Shown here piece by piece: positions 1-11,400 of a stretch of 64,000 nucleotides of DNA. The stretch comes from Tubulanus polymorphus (Eukaryota; Animalia; Nemertea). The DNA is taken from contig NC_134032.1 in the NCBI RefSeq assembly GCF_964204645.1, forward strand, positions 9,908,275 through 9,972,274, written 5' to 3'. The stretch's first letter is position 1. The number at the start of each line of letters is the position of its first letter. A program made the translations under genes and the position numbers. Below the pieces are notes generated by a model, which did no database searches, was not told the DNA's origin, and saw nothing but the letters and a program-made list of their open reading frames with translations.

Positions 1-1913
1 AAAAAGTTTCTGTCTCTCGTTTCCGAGTGTACTGGGTTTTATATTTTATAGATAATCATTAATAGTTCTTTAGACAATCATTCGGTTATGAGTTTTATGC
101 AGCCTAGGCGAAAATCTGCATCGGTTACAATCTAGAAAAACAATAATCAACATTTTGGTATCACGATACGTATGTTATCTACTTACGGTTTTGCCTTCGT
201 GTTAAAGTTCGGTTGTTGCATTCATTGAAGGAACCTTTATGTAGAAAATTCGCTCATCAATTTCACGCTTCTGATATTCAATACGATATTTATTTTTCTA
301 TTCAACTACTTGAATGTGGAGTGGGAACTGGTGAAATACGAAACTATACCGTCTGATATGTTTTACTGTAAATTCAGGATTCAATATCATCTAGTTAACT
401 AATGAAAGTATTCAACCATAAATGTTAGAATCTGAATTCAAAATCTTAATTTATCGCGAATTGAAATTATTGACTCCAATAGTTAACACATCAATTACAT
501 TATTAACTACTTCCCGGTGCAACACGGACAACAATATAGCCTTTATCCGACATCAGCTCCACGGAACACGCAGAAGAAATACTTGTATCATTATATCTAT
601 TCTCAATTCAAGTTGGCATCCAGATTTTATTTTCATTTGCCAGGTGAAACTAACAACTGTAGCAATCACTGGGTACCGGCCACATAGAAATAATAGGGCA
701 TATACAAAGAATAAAAGAAAATTTCTTTGATAAAGCAGCCATGTCGAAGGCAACTGGTGGGGTCCCACCCTCTGTATTAGATTCCTGTGAGGAAAATACG
801 TTCGAAAAATGGAGTTTTCTATAATATGACCAAATAGATCAAATTTGCAGGTTGTAGTGAAATCTGTCTTGATAAAAAGAGCAGCTAAATGGGGAAGGCA
901 GGGGCCCGAACCCCAAGACCACCCTCTAAATTCATCATAGAATCTCCAACATCCTTTCCTACACTTTACTTTACCTTTACTACGTGAGATGTATGTATCC
1001 CATAATACATAGTCTAGATTTCACGATAACGATAATTATGTACGATTGGTTTGGATGAGGATACAGATATTCATTCTGAAATCATAAATAGCTCCTACGC
1101 ACCATGGACAACCCCTGGATTCTATCTGAGTTTACCAGTAGATAATTTATTTTCAAGCTATTCAATATTAGGAAAACCGGGCAATTTGGGATTCAGGCTT
1201 TCCGTACGTCACGGCGGTAATTCGCACCATTAACTAAAGAAATCATATTTCTAATATGCATTAATCGAAACATCCTTTCTCATTAACAACGTGATGATAT
1301 CGATATCAACGATATCAACTACCTTTATTTTACCTACTCTGAAGAAGATTAGTGAAATTCTACATACATTTCATCTGTATGTGTATATGACCGTATGATC
1401 GATTCAAATTTCTATTATTGAATGAACTGCGCTAACTGAAATAACATATGCCATTGTCTAGTGGATTATGAGTCATACGAAAAAAATTGATTAACTTAGT
1501 AATGACGTATAGAGTTTCCTCGCTGACGAATTCAAGTATACATTTCCTATATGAATGCATCCATGTGTGAAAATGTTAAACATTACCTATAAGACAAAAT
1601 CGAAGATGCCCTTATAAACTGTTGATACTGATATATAAATATTTATGTATATTCTTTTGGTAGCTTTGAAAATCTTTACCGAAGAATCATAAGCAGTTAA
1701 CAACCTGATCATTGATATATTTACTCGCAGTTTTATTGAATCGCTAATTATAACACGAGATTTGACAACTGAGTTACAACAAATATAGATTCAATTCGAG
1801 CTTTTTCTTAACGTACACGTCAGTCAGTCGGTCAGACTGGCTCTGTTTCTTAATCGGATATTTTCCATACCACCACAAGTATATATCCTATTATAAACCC
1901 TTATCACCAACGA

Positions 1914-3017
1914 TTAGCCGCAACAACATCCAGCAGGACACTTGCCGCTGCAACACTGAGCATGACTTCCACACAAATTGCCATTTTCTGTGCAACTTAG
2001 GCCTATATATATATATATATTAAGAATACACGCAATTGAAAATGAAATTTTAAAGTGAAAAATATTTTTACTTAAATTGAAAAAATTATTAAAACCCCCA
2101 ACCCCGGATGTAGGACCGGGGATGATTCTGGTATGGTGGCTGATAAGGGCCATAGCGTAAAATTCCTGGTATGTAAATGAGGGCGCCAGAACGCCAGAAC
2201 GTCAAAACGAAAAAAAACGTCCAATTTTCTCTAAAAGTTCGTTTTGGCGCGCCAAAACAAAGAAAATTCCGTTTTGGCGCGGTTATTTCCGTTTTGGCGC
2301 CCCGCCAAAACAAGCATTCAACCACAGTAAAATTATTTTTCAATTTGGCGCGTTGATCTTGTGTGTAATTTTCATAAATTTGCATATATGAAAATATTTT
2401 ACGTTTATATAGAATTATTTTACGTGGTTTAAAGTCCGTTTTGGCGTCCCCGCCAAAACGAACTTTCGTTTTGGCGGGGACGCCAAAACGGAATATTCTC
2501 CGTTTTGGCGCGCCAAAACGAACTTTCAGAGAAAATTGGACGTTTTTCGTTGTTTTGGCGGGGGCGTCAAAATGAACGTTCGTTTTGGCGAGGGCGCCAA
2601 AATAAAAGTTCGTTTTGGCGGGGGTGCCAAAATGAAAGTTCGTTTTGGTGGGGGCGCCAAAACGGAATTTTCTTTCTTTTGGCGCGCCAAAACGAACTTT
2701 TAGAGAAAATTGGACGTTTTTTTTTCGTTTTGGTGTTCTGGCGTTCTGGCGCCCTCATTTACATACCAGGAATTTTACGATATGGCCCTTATCAGCCACC
2801 ATAACTATGAGTATAATGGATATCCTTCGTTCATGCCAGCCATTCAGACAACAAATATATACGTTTACTGATGATATTTGCAACTTTGATCTATATCATT
2901 CATCCTATAATATCCTATTAAACTATGTATTATTTCCCCCAGTCGTTACTCACCTGCTGCAAATGACGCGACACCGACCACAGTCCCCACAATAGCACAT
3001 ATTATCAAATATTTCAT
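1914..3017 (-). CDS. Secreted cysteine-rich knottin (ICK)-like peptide, 50 aa, two coding exons: MKYLIICAIVGTVVGVASFAAG-LSCTENGNLCGSHAQCCSGKCPAGCCCG*
   Basis: Exon 3017-2954 encodes a typical signal peptide (MK plus hydrophobic core) and ends G|GTGAGT (phase 1). Exon 2002-1914 starts after ...TATAG and completes the GGC codon in frame, giving C-X6-C-X5-CC-X3-C-X3-CCC-G-stop. AATAAA lies on the minus strand at about 1737-1732. A possible acceptor (TTTCTAG) 3 nt before the ATG suggests an upstream UTR exon. Confidence 0.75.
2132..2803. mobile_element. MITE-like non-autonomous element with long TIRs and internal GTTTTGGCG/CGCCAAAAC subrepeats
   Basis: TATGGTGGCTGATAAGGGCCATA..CGTAAAATTCCTGGTATGTAAATGAGGGCGCCAGAACGCCAGAAC at 2132 is inverted at about 2735-2803. 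TA occurs at both ends (possible TSD). The element lies inside the knottin gene intron. Confidence 0.8.
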
Positions 3018-3837
3018 CGTCTAGAAATTGAATTGAATATATTAGCAATTTGACATTTTGGAGAATCCCAATGTCCGATTATTCAACAGTTTTCAATAGG
3101 CTCCCAGTGAATAAACCTTTTGTCATTTGATGAACCAGGTTTAGAATGATGCTGTTTCAGAAAAAAATAAATGATGCAAAGCAGCGATGACGCGTTTTCT
3201 GCATTGCTGGTTTTAACGCCGTACTATGAAGCGTCAAGTCTACTCAGTTTTTTTTACAGTATATAGCTTGCGTTTGGCATCACAAAAACACAGAAACTAT
3301 AAAACGAGCCTCTTGTTTAATTGTGTAATATACGTAGTAATTATTTTTTGGATTTTTTAGAAAATTATTTCTGAAAATAACGAACTTCAAATTTCAGTAC
3401 CCTGGATTTCTATGCGCACGGCAAAAACTGACCACCGATTTCTATATCGCTCTCATGTCGCATTGTTGTAAATTTGAGAAATGATTTTAACATAACTGAA
3501 AACTAGAGATTCACGCGGTTTGAATGTTGCTGAAGTTGTCAAAATCCATCCATGGACAGATGAAATATGATACAATACACATCACGGATAGTTTTTAAAA
3601 AAGAGAAAAAAATGACCCAACAATACGGGACAAAAGTACCCTAACAAAATGGCGGCTAGCAACTGTAAAATGGTTTATTGTACCGTTGGGTTTTTCAAAA
3701 TATCAAGGGTATCAAAGATATTCAAATTCGAATAGTTTAATAATTTAAAAAAATCATACAATAATCGGGTCTTTTTTAATATGAATGTTAGAGGCCCTCG
3801 GTGTAATTTATTCAATATTTGATTATATTTGAAATCA

Positions 3838-4155
3838 GCATGGGCTGACAAGGCTCCACTAACTCTGGAGAGGCATGCTAGTCTGAATCACCAGTCGTTG
3901 TTACCGGTTCCCTACAACCGGTAACTGGTTGTTTGTGGAACGACGGCTAGGTACTAGACTACGATTATTCTTAATATCGACGAGAAAAGGTTATCCTTTC
4001 TCGCACCGAATTATGTATTGTTGAAATCGGAGCCGTTCGGTTCGGTCAAAAGGACGGCCTACATCGACTGGCCCGCAGTCCAAGGGGGAATCCTAACTAA
4101 TAGTTCCTATAGGGGGCAAAAACTTCGGGCCCCTGTGAGCTCAAGGAAACATTTT
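3838..4155 (+). ncRNA. Candidate structured non-coding RNA, family unassigned
   Basis: About eight consecutive stem-loops, with G-U pairs favouring the + strand, a GGAA tetraloop, a CUUCGG motif and a 3' ACA-TTTT end. It matches no RNA family I can recognise. Confidence 0.35.
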
Positions 4156-4357
4156 CGGACGTTATTTTCTTGTTATTATTGTGGGATTTTCTACATATCA
4201 TGGCCACAACATCGGGGTCTTGGCATGACTCTCCAGGTCATCCATACTTTTAAGAGACCGTACCGTGCCGCCACCAAGGTTCCAGGTCATTGCGCAATAC
4301 TTCACAGGGAATGGACCGTACAGTGCTGCCATTGCGTGGCTGAATCCATGACATCGA

Positions 4358-4385
4358 TGTAAACAACATGGCGGCGTTTGACAGT
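4358..4385 (+). promoter_or_regulatory. Putative WDR97 promoter motifs (FOX-like TGTAAACAA, YY1-like AACATGGCGGC)
   Basis: TGTAAACAACATGGCGGCG lies about 1 kb upstream of the ATG exon. An acceptor at about 5318 (TTTTTTAG) precedes the ATG, implying a non-coding first exon. Confidence 0.3.
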
Positions 4386-4618
4386 TAATATCGAATCTGA
4401 ATGAAAGTTGGCCTTAAAAAATAGTGAACAAACGTGCGTACTGGCCCTCTGGTAAAACCTTAATACTTTAGGGTTTAAAAAAAACTAATCAGGTATTTAT
4501 GTTTCAGTGAATATAATGGCTCTAGGGTTAGTTAACCCAGGCCAGAATACATCGATCCACCTCCTCCCGTCTCCCGTCCCGGCCCTCGTCCTCAACAACA
4601 ACAGGTCCAGCTCACAAT

Positions 4619-4778
4619 CACAGGGACTTGTCACGATTGATAATGGATGAATAAAACCAATATCAATGACCAGATCCACTATCCCTGTATAATGAAAAAA
4701 CTATTTATCATACAGTTGCAGGGATTCTGGTACCCCCATCATTGATCTCATCCATTACAATTGTGACAAGTCCCTGTG
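4619..4778. mobile_element. Small MITE
   Basis: Inverted termini CACAGGGACTTGTCACGATTG ... CAATTGTGACAAGTCCCTGTG. Confidence 0.6.
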
Positions 4779-4798
4779 CTTACAATACATGGACTTGA

Positions 4799-4893
4799 CA
4801 CAAAAGGATTTTGACCCCAGTATCCTAGGTACTATATATAAAAAGACATTTTATATATAGTACCTAGGATACTGGGGTCGAAATCCTTCTGTG
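4799..4893. repeat. Near-perfect 95-bp palindrome
   Basis: CACAAAAGGATTTTGACCCCAGTATCCTAGGTACTATATATAAAA-AGACA-TTTTATATATAGTACCTAGGATACTGGGGTCGAAATCCTTCTGTG; 45-bp arms with 2 mismatches. Confidence 0.85.
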
Positions 4894-5402
4894 GTCCAGC
4901 TCCCTCTGCCAACTTCTTTGCTTTGCTTGAACTGGGTACCAACAAAGAGCCGTTAAAGATAACCGACCAAAGTAAATGCCATAGTAAGAATGAACTATGT
5001 CAACTATGCACTGTTAAACTCTACAACCATTTAAAGCAACTGGCCCTGACTTAGGCCTATAAACCGAAAACCAAAGGCCTATAGTATATACCATCATCTT
5101 AACTTTTATTTCATTGCCTTTTATCTTGATGCAGTCAGTGAAATGAGATAAAGGCCTTATAACCAGTTATACATTTGTTTATATACAAGATTTTCAGACC
5201 TAAATTCTATAGAAGCTTGGAAGAATTTCTATCATTCGCTGCTAAGCCTTAGTCAAGCTTGCTCAATATTATGCTATATCTTAAATTTCATCGAATTAAT
5301 TCAAAATCTTTTTTTAGAATTCATTATTAAACGATCGAAAAATGACATCGACGAAAATCGATTTGTGACTGCCCGGAAAAAATAGAAACAACGAAAAAAA
5401 AG

Positions 5403-8400
5403 ATGGCCGACCGGGTCGAAGAATTGTTACACCAGCACGGACTACTGGTCGATCGTCCGAAACGCCCGAACACGATAAACGGCGTTCCGCGATCTGTTTA
5501 TTACTGGGGATTATTGCGTAACTCGGTGCGCAACACGATCGACGCCGTGAAGCAGACGGATTTCAAAGAGAAACTTGTCGCGCATGGAATCAGATATAAA
5601 CGACGCGTCGAAATTGACGACGACGAAACCGTTCAATCGGTCGTATTCAATAACGTGTTCAAGGTAAAATTTGAATTTACGTTATTCTTCCCCTATGACA
5701 TCATCAAATTGTCCTCATAAATCCTTGCAAAAGATATGTCTGCCACCATAGGTCTCTTTAATATGATATCATCAAATTTGCCCTTTAGGCAACTCCAGAA
5801 AAGATGGCTGCTTTTATTGATTCCCGTATGACATCATCACCTCTTGACCCTTGCGCTAGAGATGGCTGCTTCCATTAATAATGCCCCTATAACGATAACA
5901 AAATCACATCACCCTATAGGCTAGACACTTCCAGTGCTTACATTAATCCCCTTATGACATCATGAAATTACCTCCATATAATAGAAACTTCTGGAGAATA
6001 TAGCTGCCTCCATAAAGCGTCTCAAGACAGTATCAAAATACAAGAATAGTAGGCCTATGATGATGTCATTGGGGGATTTATAGATTCAATGTAATTTTAC
6101 AAGTATTGAAAACTTTATTGATGAAAAAAGGTTAATTTGATGAGGAGGATTTTAAAAGTACAGTAAAACCTCTCCACAGTAAGCACTTACATGTGTAGGC
6201 AAATAATTCTCTGTGGGGAGACGTTCAATGTAGAGTCGTTAGTTACCTAATCGTTGGTGGTAAGCTTTTTATAATCGGATGGGCTTATACCAACGTTAGG
6301 GATCTCAAGGGCCAAAACACGGATGAAAAAAGTAACACTTCGAAAATATACTTTCTATTGACTTCAGTCCACAATTAATGGCTTAATTCACAAACTAACA
6401 CAGGTACCTAATAATCAAAATAATCCAATTTTATGTATGTTTCGAGCGATTAATCAACATAATTTTGATAAATTAATCAATTTCGCCACAAATTCTCCCA
6501 TTGGCCGCCATTTCTTTGTATTGCATACATGTGGCATGATAGACAAGATGACCTACAAATATTTATATAAAACATCCAAAACATGGTTTGTGAAAATATC
6601 TGATCGTGAAACTAAACCACAGACAGGTTACTGACTAACCGTAGAGATGGTCCACAAAATTGAAAATGAACTATTGTAGAAAGTTTTGATTGGTTTCGGG
6701 GGAAGGTTTTACTGAATAATCAATGAATCATTACGTATTTGTCTGTATTACAGGAACACATAGTGATCGACTCTCAGTATGTACGCGTATTTCACGAGGA
6801 CGGTCGTAAGAAAGACCTCGTCGTTCCCGACTCGAAAATAAACCGCATCAACTTCGCCAGTCAAATCAACATGTACGTCGGCTGGAATTATAAACAAGAC
6901 GATTTATACGTGAGTATTTCAGAATTGCATTTCCAAAGTATCCTTTGATTCGAGAAATTAGATTTATTTTTGAAGTATTTTCGTAAAAGACACTGGTTTA
7001 TCATATATCTAAGCTCCACAGACGGGTTAGGGCTGATTTAGAGCCAGTCTATAGATTGTCCTAGTTCTACAACCAATTAAACAACTTAACACCAGTCTTA
7101 AACTTTGTCATACAACTGTCGTGTGACTTAAGACCCTATAGCATAGGAGAAAATTGATTTATTCTAGACCCTTGTGATGTCATAAGAGGATTTACGGACG
7201 TAGCCATAATTCTTTGAATGACATTTAGGGTAATTTGATTGAGTATCAATGGGAAGACTTGAAATTTGATAATGTCGTAGGAAGTTTTAAACACTAGTAT
7301 CCATCTTTCCTGGTAGTGTAGGAGTACTTTGATGATGTCATAGGTAACTTGGGAGTTCTGAAAATGGCAATAGTTTCTGGAAGTGTCTGTAAGGGAAATA
7401 TGATGTCATGGGGCTTTGTAGTAGCAGCCATATTTTACGAAAATTTTCACCTAGGGCCAGTGGCTCAAAAGTTAGTTAGAGTTAACTAGCAGATAGTTGA
7501 CAAAGTGACAATTAATGGTATTTATGCCTGGTTATCTTGAACTTACATTTGAGCAACTGGTTGGCATATTGGCGATGTCATAGAGGAATAGGAGTTGATC
7601 TTAAATTCGTTTTTTCCCAATTTTGGTTTTAGTTGATGTCAAATAATTTTACGATTGTCTCCGAATCGAAGCACGCGACTCGCATCACGGCGACCGTTTA
7701 CAACGAGAACACCGGTGAATTCATCTCATCCGGTTACGGCTGTTTCACGGTAAGCACCGGAAAACGTCCGGTAATATTATCGATACTCCTAGTGTCAGGG
7801 GCAGAGAGACCCGAAAAAGGGCAGTTACCTCAAGTCAAAAACTGATAAATGATTCTTATTTTATATGCCCTAGCGAAACCTCTGTTAGGCCTATAACAAA
7901 ATGCTTATGAGTCCCAACTGACTGGATTTTACATTAAATTTCTATTGGATATAACAATAATATTTGCAAATAGAGCACTTTTCCAAAATTTCTGCGGAGC
8001 CAACTGCCCCCTGCCCGCGCTATGTATGGCCCTGATAACGATTTTCAAATTCTAGAAACTTGAAATCGCTTACGATTTATCAACTAATTATTTTTAGGTT
8101 TGGGCCTTTCGTTACGGAGCCCGCCATCTTCTGCCTCGTAAATCGACTCAAGAAGGCCTGACCAGTAAGGACCAGTTCGAATTCATGGTTGTGGAAGAAA
8201 CAGCCAGTCACGGGCAAAAGTGCTTCGCGATTTGCGGAACAACTGTTTCGGTAAGCAATGTCAGGCGTGGTTTCATGAATAAAGTGTAAATCGATTTAAT
8301 TTCTTCATTAGTCAGATACTAAAAAAAAAGGAAAGCCTGGTTCCAAAATTTTGATATGACTATGCACTTAGTTGATAAGATATAGCTCTTGAGTTAAAAT

Positions 8401-11400
8401 TAGTTGCTTTTCAAATGTTAACCTCCAAAGAGTCAAATTCAAATCCAGTTCCAAAATTGTGCCCAGGGTAGATGTGATAGGGTGCTGTTTTATTTGCTGT
8501 ATATTGTAACACATTGATCTTTCAGGTTGGAAATGACTGAATTTCTTCATTTTTCATTTCATATTTAAAAGTTTAGTTTATTTCCAATGTAGGTGTTTAA
8601 TATATTCGAATGTAAGTTGTTATCGCGTCATAAAGATCTGCACGTGCGTCCGATATCAGCCGCCATGTTCTTCAACCCACTGAAATTCCTCATCACCGGT
8701 GCTAAGGATGGATCCAGTAAGTCAGGCATTAAAAACATTTTGATATAGGCCTATTTTAATGGGGAGGTCACAATGCTACTGTAGCAATATAGGGGATTCC
8801 ATTGTGGCAAGTGAGGATCCACCAGGTGTGCTAATGTACAGCAGCTATTGTGGCAATCATGTGATCAGTGGATTCCATTTGTGGCAAGTTATGATCCACC
8901 AGGTGTGTTAGTGTGCAGTCGGACATCAACTACTGTGCTATAAAGGGATTCCACTTGTGGCAAGTGAGGATCCACTAGGTGTGCTAGTAGTCACTCGGTT
9001 ATTCAAAACGGTTTTTAGATTGTGCTTATTTCAAAACAAAAAGAAACTGATCGCAACTAGTCGAAAAATTGATTTTCAAATTTTCAGTAAAAGTTTGGAG
9101 CGAAACGTTTCACCTGGTTATGGTATTCGTCGGTCACAGTCACAGAATATCGGCTCTGTCCGTGTATCCGTACGGGCCTTACATCATGTCGGCTAGTTTT
9201 GACCACACGCTGCGAGTCTGGAGTCTGGAAACGGTTGACGAAATCGACCGGGTCGACACGGAGGAACCGGTCAACGGACTCGGCACCGAGTTGTTGCAGG
9301 ATGGATTTTTTACGTATTCGCGAAATTACGTTGAACTTTGGAACGTTTACCATCTGCACACAGTTCACAGTAATATCGGGTAAGTGTCAAAATCAATGTA
9401 AAAACATTTTGGGTTGCGGGCAGGGTCTTGTCTTTAAAACCAGTCTGAGGTTTTAAAAAGGGCTAATTTCCTAAAAGCTATTATGATTATTATGATTTAA
9501 GTTACTGATTACAAACTTTTCATTTTCGATTACAATGATTCAGTAAATTATGATTACTATCTTATAACAACTTACTGATTCTTGATGACTTGAGCAATTC
9601 AGCTAAATTATGATTCATTACTTATGACTACCATACCTTATCATTTTCAATGACTTCAACGATTCAGTAAAATTATTATTCACCCTTACAATTATTACTC
9701 ATCAGTGACGACCTTCTGATTATTGGTGACTTCAGCAATTTAGTAAAATTATGATTTGTTACTTACGACTGCAATACTTTATCATTTTTGGTGCCTTCAA
9801 GGATTCAATAAAATTATAATTAGTTGATAATATCGAGCTTCTCATACTCTTCATTGATTCAGTAAAATTATGATTAATTACTAATGACTACTTCTTATTC
9901 TCTCAACAATTCAGAAAAATTATTACAGCCATTTACTGTTATTGACGTTTTCATTCTCGATGACTTCAGTAATCAATTTGGATATTGTTTTCGCAGGTAT
10001 AAAGTGCCGATTCTGAAGCAGACGGATCACCCGAGTTTCCCGATCAGAACCGTTTTATTGTGTCGTGATTCGAGCGTTCGTATCACGTGCCCAACTTCTG
10101 GTAATATCATAACGACGATGCTGAATGATCCGAAAAATCTGCTCATCGACGCTGCTTACTCCATCGAAGAAAGTAAGTTTAGTCGAGGGGAATGCTTTGG
10201 TGTTTTTGGTAAGGATTTATCGATTTGTCATAAAAGTGGACTTATCTAAAAGTTTGGCCTCTGAAAAATTTCTATGATAATATCGATTTCTGTGACAAAG
10301 AAATATTACCGGTAATCCTAAAGGTTTCAATAATTCTGGTTAAAAAAATTTGGCTGAAATGTTTTTAAGCCGGTCTTTGTTGAGTGTATCGTGCATAGAA
10401 CTAGAATGGACTAAAACTTGGCTTTCACTCAATTCATAATCAGAGTTAACTTTCCTGGGTTAAGGTTAAAACTGGCCAGCTACATCTAGAACTTGTCCAT
10501 AGAAATTGAGTATCAATTCTATTGCTATAAATGGCTGATTTTCGGTTGGTGACTATTTCAGACGTGTTGTTTGCTGTGTTCGAAAATGGGAACATCATCA
10601 AATGTTCGACCTTGGAAAATCCATGCACCATCGAAAAAGTCTGGAAATGTAAAGATCCGACCAGTAAGTTTCGCCTCAAAATTTTTTAAGGTTGACCCAG
10701 TAAGTTTTAAGATCACAAAAACTGACCAGCAAGTTTAAATTCCATAAAATGCTGACCAGTCAGTGTGGTTTAATGAAAAAAATAATCTCATTTACCTGAT
10801 TGACCTTTTCAGTGGTCCGTCTACACTGCAGTGCAGTGTATTTATGTTTTTAGTAATTAGTAATCTCCAGCACATTCATTTGTCAGTGCTGAAAAGGTTC
10901 AGCTACTAGCACTAGTAGTGAAAGCTCCTCATTTCAAATAGTTTTGCATTTACACAATTGAGACCTTTTGCGCCATAATCTAAAAACTTGCATATCGCGT
11001 GATCAAATGAGGAACTACTTTCCCTCGCTTACAGAGGCGTGCAACTATCTGCTGGTCTATGAATACGTAGTCGATGCGATGATGGAGGGCGATTTCTGGT
11101 CGGGGATGAAACGCGCGATTCAAACGCAGAGCATCGCCATCGCGTCGACGCAACAGCAAAAGAAATCGAATAAAACTTTATTACTCGGCGGACGCAAGGA
11201 CGGTTATATCTGCGTGTTCAACTGGTCGACGGGGAAGGTCGATTTCGAGATCGAGGCCCACGGCGTGAAGGGCGTTCTGAGCATGGTCGCAAATTCTCGC
11301 ATGGATCAATTGATATCAGCCGGGAAAGGTAAGTACTTAGTCACCCCGATGTATCCAGGTTTTACCGCAAAAATGTTGAAATCGTTGCCAGCAGTGTTCG

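Noticed and set aside
60-1400. Scattered splice-like signals and short ORFs upstream of the knottin 3' end (for example a minus-strand segment 187-270, KREIDERIFYIKVPSMNATTEL*)
   Set aside because: I could not assemble a phase-consistent gene or recognise a product.
2089-2995. ORFs with repeated FWRGRQN/GAPKR peptides
   Set aside because: They are translations of MITE subrepeats.
3610-3700. ACCCTAAC inside a weak stem as a telomerase RNA template
   Set aside because: The match is only 8 nt, there is no room for a pseudoknot, no CR4/5 P6.1 hairpin was found, and the context looks like degenerate repeat sequence.
3870-4102. RNase P CR-V-like ATTCAGACTA (minus strand) and group II intron domain V/VI-like GAGCCG..AGGGGG..CTAAT (plus strand)
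   Set aside because: There is no complementary CR-I (GGAAGGTCTGAG), domain V geometry is wrong, and no other group II domains are present.
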